Below are positions 1 to 10,152 of a DNA stretch of 64,000 nt, one piece after another. Location of the stretch: NCBI GenBank assembly GCA_965215015.1, contig OZ244042.1, positions 992,001-1,056,000 on the forward strand. Direction: 5' to 3'. Made by a program: the position numbers and the translations under genes. The notes beneath the pieces are model-generated. The model was given only the letters and a program-made list of their open reading frames with translations. It was not told the DNA's origin and searched no databases. This stretch comes from Candidatus Poribacteria bacterium (lineage in GTDB: Bacteria > Poribacteria > WGA-4E > PCPOR2b). Position 1 is the stretch's first letter. Every line of letters begins with the position of its first letter.

Positions 1-790
1 GTGGCGTAGCATTGACCCTACAGACATCGGGCGACATTGGTCTGCACCGCGTACCGGCGTATATTCCAAATATATCGAAAAACATTTCATTCCAAACTAC
101 AGACAAATCTACAGTGTACATGACCGCCTGGATGCCCTTGATGAGGCGGACCTTATTTATTGGCCCGACAGGGGAGCAATGCCAAGAATCAAGGGATATT
201 TGGCTGCCAGCCCGGGGCGGCCGCTGCAAGATATAATCGTTGACATCAATCAGCTTGGGGCACGTGCTAAAGAACGTACCGGCTACCCTACGCAGAAGCC
301 TATCGCCTTGCTAGAGCGCATCATCAAAGCTAGTAGCAACCCCGGCGATGTTGTGTTTGACCCATTCTGTGGATGTGCCACGACGTTGGTGGCAGCGGAC
401 CGGTTGCAGCGGTCATGGGTAGGGATTGACATTTCATCGAAGGCGGCGGAGTTGGTGGTAGAACGGATTAAAGCAGATCAAGGCTTATTCCCAGAGATTG
501 TCCACCGCGACGACTACCCAAAGCGCACGGACATGGGCGATACACCACCGGCACGGACGCATAAGCATACGCTGTTTGGATTACAGGAGGGCTTGTGTGG
601 GGGATGCGGGATTTTCTTCCCGTTTCGGAATTTGACGATTGATCACAAGATTCCGAGAAGTAAGGGCGGGACCGACCACTTTGATAACCTTTGGCTGTTG
701 TGTGGGGCTTGCAATTCGATGAAAGGGACAGGCACCATCGCGGAGTTGCGGGCGAAACTAAAACAGGGAGCGGGGCTGCACTATGACTAA
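1..790 (+). CDS. DNA methyltransferase (N6/N4, beta-type) with C-terminal HNH endonuclease domain; 5'-truncated by window edge
   Basis: Frame is open from position 2 (WRSIDPTDIG...) into ORF 179..790. It has TGYPTQKP and VFDPFCGCATT MTase motifs, then CGGC...IDHKIPRSKGGTDHFDNLWLLCGACN (HNH with Zn ligands). Confidence 0.88.
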   Translation, partial: WRSIDPTDIGRHWSAPRTGVYSKYIEKHFIPNYRQIYSVHDRLDALDEADLIYWPDRGAMPRIKGYLAASPGRPLQDIIVDINQLGARAKERTGYPTQKPIALLERIIKASSNPGDVVFDPFCGCATTLVAADRLQRSWVGIDISSKAAELVVERIKADQGLFPEIVHRDDYPKRTDMGDTPPARTHKHTLFGLQEGLCGGCGIFFPFRNLTIDHKIPRSKGGTDHFDNLWLLCGACNSMKGTGTIAELRAKLKQGAGLHYD

Positions 791-1090
791 ATTGAATATT
801 TTCAATTATGCGGGCAAATATGTTTCTACTTCTGTATTAGCCAAAAGCGTTGGCATTCATCGCGATGAATTGTTTAATCTGCAGCCGGTCAAGATGCCGG
901 AGGAATTTACAAGAATTATGGCAGAGGCTTCTTCATCGTATGGCCATTGACCATTTTGGAACTGCTTAATTTTGCTCGTTTTGAAAATAGGTCGCGGTCA
1001 CACTTACTACTATAACTATATCGGTCTTTCAGTTGAAAAGAGAATATTTAATGATGGTATAGGCTTCACGCACAAACAGCGATATGGCAG

Positions 1091-1327
1091 CTAATTATCA
1101 GAGCCACCAAAACTCTCAAAAACCCCTGCCACCGATGAATACTGCGCCACCTTGACGATGACGCCCAACAAAAGGAGCGGCACCGCAATAAGCGCGATGA
1201 GTATGATAATCCCCCAAATCCATGTCTTCTTGCCTCGGTCCGCTTTAGCAATCTCGGCCAACCTCGAAATGAGTACCCCCGCACCAATCATCACTATCAC
1301 AATAAAACCGAAGACCAACGCAATCAT
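1091..1327 (-). CDS. small membrane protein
   Basis: 78 aa with two hydrophobic segments. RBS-like AAGGGGAG lies just upstream of the ATG. Confidence 0.6.
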   Translation of the reverse strand: MIALVFGFIVIVMIGAGVLISRLAEIAKADRGKKTWIWGIIILIALIAVPLLLLGVIVKVAQYSSVAGVFESFGGSDN

Positions 1328-1370
1328 AACTCTCCCCTTATAGAAATCGCATTTCTGACTACAAGTGGTA

Positions 1371-2996
1371 CTACGCCTCCCGATGCGGTTTGAGGATTAA
1401 ATCATCGTATTCCGCCGGATCGACAAACGCTTCGACAATCACAGGGGCGTTCAACCCAAATGCCTTGATCAACGCAGATCGATAGGTCTCTGCATCCTTT
1501 GCGATAAGAACCGGAACGCCAAAATAGGTGTGGGCGGTATTATAAGCATCTCCGAAAAGGCGTGTGCCGTATTGCGGAAAGCCTTTCCGTTCCTGCTTAA
1601 TTTTGATTAACTGGAGATTCCGATCCGTCAATACCACAAAAACGACGGGTGTTCCTAAATTGATGGCGGTTGCCATCTCTCCCGCCATCATCAAAAACCC
1701 GCCATCGCCGGTTACACAAGCGACCTGCCGATCTGGACAGCACAGCTTGGCAGCAATCGCCGCCGGAATCCCAAATCCCATCGATGAACCCCCATTTGTC
1801 ATGAGCTGATTGCCCCAACGATAGGTCTTCCAGATCTGTCCAATGAGGTGCGTGTGTGCCCCAACATCACACGTCATAATCCCGTCGTCTGGAAGCACCT
1901 CCCGCAAGATATTCAAGGCATGGTGTGGTGAGAAATTCGGCACATCAGGCGAGAGGTTAGCAAACAATTTCTTTTTGCGATTCTGGAGTTCCTGAATACA
2001 CCAGTCGTAGTCGAACTTTGGAAAGCGTAGCATCGCTTCAAGTGTTCGACAAATATCGCCGATGACTTCATAAACCTCATAATTAGAATCAATATCGGCA
2101 GCAGCAGTATCAATATGGACAATCGGAACGTTTGGCAACCACTCCTCGTAATTAAATTCCACGACATCGTAACCGATAGCGACGACTAAATCAGCTTCGC
2201 CATGTGTCTTCGCAACCTGATCGGAGAGGGCGTGGAACAGGACACCGGCGTAGTACGGGCTTTCTTCCGAGACTATCCCCTTCGCCATAGGTGTGAGAAT
2301 GACAGGAATGCCCTGCTTTTCGACAAATTGGTTCACAACTGCTTGGGCGTCAGCGCGTGTCACACTCAAACCCAATGCGACAATTGGCTTTCTCGCCGAT
2401 TTCATCAACCGTTCCACCTGCTGTATCGACTCAACAGGGGGGGAGATAGCTTGATCTCGGCGACCGATTGCGTCGCTGATAACGCCTTCACAATCCGGGA
2501 CAGGCATCTCTCCAAGTTCCGACGGGATGCCGAGATGAACGGGGCCCGGAACCTCTTGGCAGGCGATATCGACAGCTTTAGCTACCGCTTCGCGCAAATT
2601 ATCTATGGAAAGTTCCGCAGTCCATTTCGAGATCGGCTGAAACAGTGCCTGATGATCAATTTTCATCTGAGTCATCCGTGTCTTCATCGCTGTTGGAACT
2701 TGCGAGGTCAAGGCGAGTACCGGCGACCGATCTAACAGCGCGTTTGCGATTCCTGTGCTCAGGTTAGTGGCACCGGGCCCAAAAGTGCCGTAACAGGCAC
2801 CCGGCTTACCTGTCAGTCGCGCGCAAACATCAGCCATGAACCCCGCAGACGCCTCATTGCTAACCAGCACAAACTCCACATTGCTCCGACGCATCGCCTC
2901 CATAAACGGCGTCCAGGGCCCGCTTGGGATGCCGAAAATATATCGCACCCCAAAATCGTCTAACATCTGGATGAGTGTTTCCGCGAATGTTTTCAA
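1371..2996 (-). CDS. thiamine pyrophosphate-dependent enzyme, acetolactate synthase large-subunit family
   Basis: IFGIPSG, NEASAGFMA, GPGATN and the TPP motif GDGGFLM; 541 aa. Confidence 0.9.
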   Translation of the reverse strand: MKTFAETLIQMLDDFGVRYIFGIPSGPWTPFMEAMRRSNVEFVLVSNEASAGFMADVCARLTGKPGACYGTFGPGATNLSTGIANALLDRSPVLALTSQVPTAMKTRMTQMKIDHQALFQPISKWTAELSIDNLREAVAKAVDIACQEVPGPVHLGIPSELGEMPVPDCEGVISDAIGRRDQAISPPVESIQQVERLMKSARKPIVALGLSVTRADAQAVVNQFVEKQGIPVILTPMAKGIVSEESPYYAGVLFHALSDQVAKTHGEADLVVAIGYDVVEFNYEEWLPNVPIVHIDTAAADIDSNYEVYEVIGDICRTLEAMLRFPKFDYDWCIQELQNRKKKLFANLSPDVPNFSPHHALNILREVLPDDGIMTCDVGAHTHLIGQIWKTYRWGNQLMTNGGSSMGFGIPAAIAAKLCCPDRQVACVTGDGGFLMMAGEMATAINLGTPVVFVVLTDRNLQLIKIKQERKGFPQYGTRLFGDAYNTAHTYFGVPVLIAKDAETYRSALIKAFGLNAPVIVEAFVDPAEYDDLILKPHREA

Positions 2997-3145
2997 CGCT
3001 CCAAATCTCCTTCCTTCAATCCTTTTTCCTATCCTAACGCAAGTTGCTAGGTTCTGTTGGCATTTGGGTATCGAGATATGAATCTCGACCTACAGGCTAC
3101 CTCGGGTGGGCAGGTCGGGCCAGATGCCCGCCTCACAGGGGCGGC

Positions 3146-3250
3146 GTTGGGTTTCACTGTATCTATCTATAAACAGGTGTTGTTTGTTGAAAGGCAGAAC
3201 CGCTATTGTCCTTGATAGGGATTCGCTTTGAACCGTTCAACCCAACCTAC
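3146..3250. repeat. GTAG-type REP-like element (GTTGGGTTTCAC ... CGTTCAACCCAACCTAC) with a long spacer
   Basis: The arms GTTGGGTT and AACCCAAC are inverted complements, and the element ends in CTAC (GTAG on the minus strand). Confidence 0.55.
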
Positions 3251-3259
3251 ACAGAATTT

Positions 3260-3288
3260 ATCCTATCACACTGGTACTCAAACGTCAA
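3260..3288 (-). promoter_or_regulatory. sigma70-like promoter for the TPP-enzyme gene
   Basis: Minus strand TTGACG-17nt-TAGGAT with a TG extension. Confidence 0.5.
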
Positions 3289-3373
3289 CGAATTACCACG
3301 ATTTTTGATTGCACGTCAGCGGTTATGCGTGGTATTATAACGGCGGTCTGCTGATATAAAATGGAGGAGAAAG

Positions 3374-4147
3374 ATGCGCTTTGAAAACCGGGTCGTTTTT
3401 GTTACTGGTGGTGGAGGGCCACTTGGGATTGGCAGGGCGGCATGTCTGGCATTTGCGCGCGAAGGTGCAGCCGTCGTTGTTGCCGGCGGCCGGCGGGCGG
3501 ACGCGGTTGCCGCAGAGGTTCAAAACGAAGGTGGTCAGGCAATGGCTATACCGTTAGATGTGACCGTTCCTGAGCAGGTGCAAGCGGCTGTCGACACCAC
3601 CGTTGAAACATTTGGGCGATTGGACATTTTGTTTAATAATGCAGGCATTCTGGGCAGAGGTAAGTTATTTGAAGTTACCGCTGAAGAGTTTGATCGCGTC
3701 ATGGCTGTCAACGTCAAAGGTTGTCTGTTGTGCGCTCAAGCCGCAGCGAGGGTGATGCGCGAGCAGGGGATTCGTGGACGCATTATCAACAACTCGTCAA
3801 TCTACGCGGAAGAATCTCACGAAGGCGTCCTCAGTTACTGCGTTAGTAAAGCAGCGTTGAATAGACTGACCCGTAGCCTTGCCCTTGAATTACGTCCCTA
3901 CGGGATTACCGTCAATGCAATTGCCCCCGGCGGTGGTGCGCCCACAGGTATCAATTCCCCGCAAAATCTGCCACAGGATAATTCCTTGCCAGATCTGCTT
4001 CCCGTTCCAGCGGACGCACCTCCGCTGGAGCGGCGCGCAACCGTATGGGACTATATCGGTGCGGTACTATTCCTCGCATCCGATGAGGCGGCTTACATAA
4101 GTGGTGATATCTTGACAATTGACGGGGGCGCGGTCGCCCGACGATGA
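3374..4147 (+). CDS. SDR family oxidoreductase
   Basis: TGGGGPLGIG Rossmann motif, NNAG, YCVSK catalytic YxxxK; RBS GGAGGA. Confidence 0.92.
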   Translation: MRFENRVVFVTGGGGPLGIGRAACLAFAREGAAVVVAGGRRADAVAAEVQNEGGQAMAIPLDVTVPEQVQAAVDTTVETFGRLDILFNNAGILGRGKLFEVTAEEFDRVMAVNVKGCLLCAQAAARVMREQGIRGRIINNSSIYAEESHEGVLSYCVSKAALNRLTRSLALELRPYGITVNAIAPGGGAPTGINSPQNLPQDNSLPDLLPVPADAPPLERRATVWDYIGAVLFLASDEAAYISGDILTIDGGAVARR

Positions 4148-4165
4148 GCGTTGGTTGGGGGACAA

Positions 4166-4195
4166 AGTAGGGAACGAAGATCTGCGTTCCTTACT
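4166..4195. repeat. GTAG REP-like palindrome
   Basis: AGTAGGGAACG-8nt-CGTTCCTTACT; related to copies at 13482 and 20670. Confidence 0.6.
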
Positions 4196-4223
4196 AAACC
4201 GAGGGAGGAATGAAAGACTATCT

Positions 4224-4631
4224 GTGATTGAATTTATCAAAGCCAATTGGCTGTTGTTTTTCCTAATTCTATCTGTAATCATCATTGTTACGACCTTTGC
4301 AACACTTGCAAGTATTTCACTGCTGCTCATTTCGCTGCCGTCGGACTATTTCACTCGGAAGAAACGGGTGAGCCGTATAAAAAACCCCATCTTACGGCTA
4401 TTCCTGTTCCTTCTGAAAAATGTGTGTGGTGCAGTCTTTTTCATTGCCGGGTTCGTTATGCTATTTGTGCCGGGACCAGGTATTCTGAGCCTGCTTGTTG
4501 GCGTAATTCTCTGCGACTTTCCCGGTAAGCGAGGGGTAGAGCGCAAGATCATCGAACGTCCACTTGTGCTATCTATGATAAATCGGATTCGATCGAGATA
4601 TAACCGTCCGCTGATTGTGTTGGATGATTAG
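4224..4631 (+). CDS. PGPGW-family transmembrane protein
   Basis: LPSDYF...MLFVPGPGILSLLVG...DFPGKR pattern. Start uncertain: GTG 4224 chosen, ORF track starts at 4119. Confidence 0.75.
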   Translation: MIEFIKANWLLFFLILSVIIIVTTFATLASISLLLISLPSDYFTRKKRVSRIKNPILRLFLFLLKNVCGAVFFIAGFVMLFVPGPGILSLLVGVILCDFPGKRGVERKIIERPLVLSMINRIRSRYNRPLIVLDD

Positions 4632-4637
4632 CCAGGA

Positions 4638-4688
4638 ATTTATTCGTTTTTGCCGAAAAGAGACTTGATACCTCTTTCAAAATGTGAG
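4638..4688 (+). repeat. 51-bp direct repeat, copy 1 (degenerate copy of the nuo promoter region)
   Basis: ATTTATTCGTTTTTGCCGAAAAGAGACTTGATACCTCTTTCAAAATGTGAG; 49/51 identical to 10533-10583. Confidence 0.9.
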
Positions 4689-4907
4689 GGAGTATCATTT
4701 TTTGGACAACTAACTATGTCCCCTAAAAAGTGTGTGAGAGGTAACGATAACAAATCAATCTCGATCGCCGTCGGTGTCACCTACAGCAAAACAAAGAACA
4801 GTGTGACAGTAGGTACTCAATATCGACTAGATCATCCGGGTGTAATTATAGAACCGGGTCACACCACTGCTGACTACAACCATAAAGCCCAATACAGACT
4901 TCGTTAG
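4689..4907 (+). pseudogene. probable 3' fragment of a small gene cut off by the repeat
   Basis: Open frame ending ...HKAQYRLR* that begins inside the repeat, with no convincing RBS or start. Confidence 0.35.
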
Positions 4908-4941
4908 AAGTCTTATACGATAGTGAAGAAGGAGGCACACG

Positions 4942-6390
4942 ATGAAACGGGGACCCCTCTTCTACTGGATTCTCTTTGCGGGTGGCTTATGTTTGATGGT
5001 TTCAGTGTGGATTCATCGAAATTCGGATAAATCTGTCCCCGAAGGCTTTAATCGGGGAGATGAACACACCTCTGAATCCCGACAGAGAGGGTCTGAACGC
5101 GCAAACAGGCAGCAGGCAGAGGCCGGTTCTGCTTCTATGTCAGAGCACACACGCGGTTCTCATGATGTTAGTAGCTGGGAGAACGACGGTGGAAACTCAA
5201 CCCGTGCACGCCCTCCTATACCCGGCGATAAGGGAGAAAGGATACAAGCCCTCTATGACAACCTGACGGAGGCAGACTGGGAGGGACTTAACCGCTGGGG
5301 GCCGCATCCGAAAGAGTTTGAGATTCTAACCGAGGGGATGGATGCATTTAGTGCCGCCAAATATTTGCGTGCACTTGGTTACGAAGAGGCCGCACGCGAA
5401 TATGCCGATAGGGCAGTGGCTGAGAATCCAGACTCCTTTGATGCACTGTGGCTCAAAACTCAATTGCTCCCATACGGAGCCGCTGCTGCGGAAATCGAAG
5501 CCGGGTATCGTCAATTACTTGAATGGGATCCAACAAACCCCGAAGTGTTACTTGGATTGGGAGAAATACTTACTAGGAGTAATGAACCGGGTGAACTCGC
5601 AGAGGCGATTGGGCACCTCCAAAGGGTAATAAAGATTCAACCTTCACAATCACATACCCACCGCGCGTACATGGCTATGGGAGCAAGTTATAACAAACAG
5701 GCAAACGAGTATATGCAGCAGGGAGACCATAAAAGCAGACTTGTCCAATTGGAGAGATCGTTGGCTTTTTACAAAAAAGCGCATCAAACGTCACCTTATT
5801 GGTTCAGTGAAGCGATGGTTCAAATCGTTGAAGAAGATATAGAATTGGCAAAGGGACATCAACCGAAGGAGCAATCCCCTGAATTCCTCCCTCCTGAAGA
5901 AGCACTTCCCGAATGGCCTCTTCAGGGGGATTCCCTACCAGCTCCGAGCAAAGAACCAAGAGGTGAAACTGGCTTTGATTACGAGCTGCCGAGCGAACCA
6001 CCTGGCAGTGTGAACGGAGACACAACCGCAGCCGAACAACGAGAAATCGAGGAGTTTCTTCGGATGCTTGAAGAGATCGAGCAAACCATTCCAGGTGAGT
6101 CGAGTTCGCCCCTAACCCCAACGCAGCGAGTGGAGGAATAGATTGCGGATTTAGAGCGTTTCATCAAAGCCAGTCCGAATCGGGCGGCGGGTTATCTAGG
6201 GTTGGCACAAGCTTACGAAGATGCCGGGGATGATGAAAAAGCCGCAGCAGTCTACCGCCGGGCAAGAGAGCGTTTCCCTAACGATGAAGAGGTGCGGCGG
6301 GAATCGGAGGCGTATCGGGAACGGCGTGAGCGTTCGGCGGAACGTGATGAGTATGATGATGATTCCTATTCTGATGAAGATGAACGATAA
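4942..6390 (+). pseudogene. membrane-anchored TPR-repeat protein interrupted by an in-frame TAG at 6139-6141
   Basis: N-terminal TM and TPR-like motifs (DPTNPEVLLGLGEIL). The same frame continues after TAG with IADLERFIKASPNRAAGYLGLAQAYE (another TPR) to the stop at 6390. RBS AAGGAGG. Confidence 0.75.
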
Positions 6391-6877
6391 GTTTATCCGA
6401 TTCGATCGTCGTCTTGGCTTTGAATTGAAGCCAGAAAGTCTAAGAAGGTAGACAGGCAATATAGAGTGGAGTTTAGTGCTTTATTCGTTATATCAGAGAT
6501 AGTTAATGAATTCGCGGCGATGTACAGCTTACCATATAATGGACCAAAAGGCAGTGCAAGTGCTAATTTCTAATGCAAGACCAGATCAGGATATGGTAAA
6601 CTTTGGTTTGGCTGAGCCTGAAAAAGGCTACCAACTCCCCAATATTCCGTCGCGAATGAAAAGAGCAATTATCTTTCCCCTTGTTATTCATGTATTCATC
6701 AGGGGTTAGACGATATCATTATCTCATATCATTATCGCAAAAATACGCCAAAAAGTCAAGCCCGTTTCTGTTAAGTGCGTACCTGAAAATGTATTGATGG
6801 GGTTATCTTGAAACAGACGCGAGAGCCGCTGATTATCTGCTCATTGGGGCTTGCCGCCAGCGAAGGAGAGAACACCG

Positions 6878-9800
6878 ATGCCAATTAATCGCGACCAGAC
6901 CTGCCAACTCCTTGGAGACTTTGAATTTGAAACACTCCTGATTGAAGAGCTCGGTTGGGATTACCACACACAAAGTCTCAGCATTACCATTGATGAAACC
7001 GAATACCTATTGATCGCAATTGCCGAGAAACGCGGGATGGTTGTCTTTCACTGCGCGGCAAGGACCGATGGAAATATTCCAGATTATGCGACCCGGCGTA
7101 AAATTCAACGGGAGGTCGCCAAATCTGTCCATGAACACCTCATTATTTATACTAACACTGAGAGAACCACACAGATTTGGCAATTGGCCAAACGGGAGCC
7201 GGGAAGACCGATCGCATGTCCTGAACACCGTTACGATTCTGAACAGTCCGGTGAGTCCCTAATTCAAAAACTGAAAATGATTGCTGTTGGCTTCGACGAG
7301 GAAGAAGACATCACACTGCTGGACGTCACCGGGCGCGTTCGGGCAGCTTTTGACGTAGAACGCGTGACCAGACGATTCTATGACCGTTTCAAGACGGAAC
7401 ACGCCCAGTTCCTCAATTTTCTCGAAGGGATTCCCGATCAAGAGATGGAACGCTGGTACGCCTCGGTGATGTTGAATCGCTTGATGTTCATCTACTTTAT
7501 TCAGAAGAAGGGCTTCCTGAACGACGATACTGACTATTTGCGGACCAAGCTGACAGGAAGCCAAGTCAACGGTAATGATCGATACTACACCGATTTTCTC
7601 TGTCCACTCTTCTTTGAGGGATTTGCAAAACCAGAATCGGATCGGAGCAGAGAGATGCATCGCTTGCTCGGAAAAGTGCCTTACCTGAACGGCGGCATCT
7701 TCCAACGGCACCAACTTGAAGAAATTTATGGGGAAAGGATTCAAATTGCTGACGCTGCATTCGAGAAGCTTTTTAACTTTTTTGAAGATTATCAATGGCA
7801 TCTCGATGAACGTCCATTGCGGAACGATAACGAGATTAACCCCGATGTCCTCGGTTACATCTTTGAAAAATATATCAACCAGAAGCAGATGGGCGCGTAC
7901 TACACCAAAGAGGACATCACGGAGTATATCAGCAAAAGTACGGTGATTCCGTTCCTGTTTGATGCCGCACGCAAGGAGTGTAAAATCGCTTTCGAGGGGG
8001 AAGCAAGTGTCTGGGGACTGCTACAAGCCAACCCAGACCGTTACATCTACGATGCCGTCAAAACAGGTATCAAAGGAGATCTGCCACCGGAGATTGCCGC
8101 AGGGATTGACGACGTATCCAAACGCGGACTGTGGAACACGCTTGCGCCCGATGAATACGCTTTGCCGACCGAAATATGGCGAGAGGTCGTCGCACGGCGG
8201 AGCCGATACGAAGCAGTTCACACCAAGCTGTCAAACGGCGAAATAGATGAGGTTAATGCACTCATTACCTATAACCTCGACATCCGTCAATTCGCACAGG
8301 ACGTGATCGAAAATTGTGAAGGTCCCGAGCTACTGCGCGCCTTCTGGAAAGCCATCACTCAGGTGACCATCCTCGATCCGACCTGCGGTTCCGGCGCGTT
8401 CCTGTTTGCCGCCCTCAATATCCTTGAACCGCTCTACGAAGCGTGTCTGGATCGGATGGAAATATTCCTTGACGACCTACAACACTCGCCCCCCTTGCGG
8501 GGGGTTAGGGGGGGTAGAGATTTCCGCAAAATCCTTAAAAGCATCGATCAACATCCCAACCGCCGCTATTTCATCCTGAAGTCAATTATTATCAACAACC
8601 TTTACGGTGTAGACATTATGGATGAAGCGATAGAGATTTGCAAGTTGCGGCTCTTCCTCAAAATGGTGGCACAGATCGATGATGTGAGACAGATTGAACC
8701 GCTGCCCGACATCGACTTCAATATACAGGCGGGGAATACACTCGTCGGCTATGCGACATACGACGAAGTAGAAAAAGCGGTCACCGAAAACAGAATAGAC
8801 TTCGACAACACCATGGAAAGCCTCCAAGAAAAGGCGGAGGATGTCGAGTATTTGTTTGCTCTGTTTCGTCAGCAGCAGACGGAATTGGGCGGGGCCGTCA
8901 GGTCTAATGACAAACAGGCCTTACGCGATAAGCTCAAAGCGTTAGAAGATGAACTCAACCGATACCTTGCCGGAGAGTACGGCGTAGATCCGAACAAGAA
9001 AGCTGCTTACCAGAAGTGGCTCTCTTCACACAAGCCGTTTCATTGGTTCATTGAGTTTTACGGCATTCTCAAGGCCGGTGGCTTTGATGTAATTATCGGC
9101 AATCCACCGTATGTAGAATATAGCAAGGTGAAAAAGGAGTACAAGATTAGAGGGTATGACACGGAGAGTTGTGGAAACTTGTATGCGTTTATATTTGAAA
9201 GAAGTTTCCATCTTCTTCAGCAAAATGGTTGGAAATCGATGATAATTCCACACTCAGCTTACTGTACGGATAGGATGTCCTCTCTTCAAGATTTATTTCA
9301 TCGTTCTAGACGAGTTGGGTGGGTGCAAACATACGGTACCGCGCCAACAAAATTGTTTGTGGGAGCAAATCAAAGGTTAGCGATTTATATCGTTCAACAG
9401 GGTTCAAAGCTATCTCACTCATTGTACTCATCTCGCTATCACAGATGGAATGAGCGATTTCGACCACATCTTTTTGATGCTATCGAACATATAGATATTA
9501 CTCAAATATCGTTTCAAAATTCCTTACCCAAAATCTACAGTGGGATTGAACAAAGTATTTGGAAAAAATTAGCTCAATTCCCAGTTTTAGGTACGTGCCT
9601 TGCTACGAGCCGAACTTCTTACACAATATATTTCCATAACGCACCGCGCTACTGGATTAGAGCAATGGACTTTGCTCCTTACTTTTGGAATGAACGAGAT
9701 GGCGAGAAAATGTCAACTCATGTCAAGCTTTTGTGTTTCGCAACAGAATTAGATGCAGCCGTAGCCATGGCGACTTTGAACAGTTCACTCTTTTATTGGT

Positions 9801-10132
9801 GGTTTGTTATTCTCTCTAATTGCCGCGACTTGAATTTACGTGAGATTAGACATTTCCCAATCGGTGTTGATAGAATAGAAGAGGCAATAAAGCACAGTCT
9901 TTCAGAAATTTCTGCTAACCTGATGATAGATTTAAGACGCCACGCCCAGCGCAAGGAGACTTATTACCAAACTACCGGACGCGTCGTCTATGACGAGTTT
10001 TATCCGCGTCACTCCAAACCCATCATAGACGAAATTGACCGGCTGCTCGCCCAGCACTACGGCTTCACCGACGAAGAATTAGACTTCATCATCAACTACG
10101 ACATCAAATACCGGCTGGGGTTGGGAAACTGA
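6878..10132 (+). CDS. Eco57I-like / type IIG-family large adenine methyltransferase with target-recognition region
   Basis: GAYYT, ILDPTCGSGAF (motif I), IIGNPPY (motif IV), C-terminal IDEID..LAQHYGFTDEE. ATG 6878 follows AAGGAG. Confidence 0.9.
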   Translation: MPINRDQTCQLLGDFEFETLLIEELGWDYHTQSLSITIDETEYLLIAIAEKRGMVVFHCAARTDGNIPDYATRRKIQREVAKSVHEHLIIYTNTERTTQIWQLAKREPGRPIACPEHRYDSEQSGESLIQKLKMIAVGFDEEEDITLLDVTGRVRAAFDVERVTRRFYDRFKTEHAQFLNFLEGIPDQEMERWYASVMLNRLMFIYFIQKKGFLNDDTDYLRTKLTGSQVNGNDRYYTDFLCPLFFEGFAKPESDRSREMHRLLGKVPYLNGGIFQRHQLEEIYGERIQIADAAFEKLFNFFEDYQWHLDERPLRNDNEINPDVLGYIFEKYINQKQMGAYYTKEDITEYISKSTVIPFLFDAARKECKIAFEGEASVWGLLQANPDRYIYDAVKTGIKGDLPPEIAAGIDDVSKRGLWNTLAPDEYALPTEIWREVVARRSRYEAVHTKLSNGEIDEVNALITYNLDIRQFAQDVIENCEGPELLRAFWKAITQVTILDPTCGSGAFLFAALNILEPLYEACLDRMEIFLDDLQHSPPLRGVRGGRDFRKILKSIDQHPNRRYFILKSIIINNLYGVDIMDEAIEICKLRLFLKMVAQIDDVRQIEPLPDIDFNIQAGNTLVGYATYDEVEKAVTENRIDFDNTMESLQEKAEDVEYLFALFRQQQTELGGAVRSNDKQALRDKLKALEDELNRYLAGEYGVDPNKKAAYQKWLSSHKPFHWFIEFYGILKAGGFDVIIGNPPYVEYSKVKKEYKIRGYDTESCGNLYAFIFERSFHLLQQNGWKSMIIPHSAYCTDRMSSLQDLFHRSRRVGWVQTYGTAPTKLFVGANQRLAIYIVQQGSKLSHSLYSSRYHRWNERFRPHLFDAIEHIDITQISFQNSLPKIYSGIEQSIWKKLAQFPVLGTCLATSRTSYTIYFHNAPRYWIRAMDFAPYFWNERDGEKMSTHVKLLCFATELDAAVAMATLNSSLFYWWFVILSNCRDLNLREIRHFPIGVDRIEEAIKHSLSEISANLMIDLRRHAQRKETYYQTTGRVVYDEFYPRHSKPIIDEIDRLLAQHYGFTDEELDFIINYDIKYRLGLGN
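8489..8514. repeat. C/G-run palindromic repeat inside the MTase coding sequence
   Basis: CCCCCCTTGCGGGGGGTTAGGGGGGG, translated in frame as (S)PPLRGVRGG. Confidence 0.55.
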
Positions 10133-10152
10133 CCCAACCAAAGAATCCTAAA

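Noticed and set aside
783-1090. Short ORF MTKLNIFNYAG... overlapping the MTase-HNH stop
   Set aside because: 55 aa with no recognisable motif; it may be a relic but cannot be supported.
6400-6760. ORF 6506-6709 and a minus-strand promoter-like TTGACT-17-GATAAT at 6731-6759
   Set aside because: No recognisable product on either strand; probably decayed sequence.
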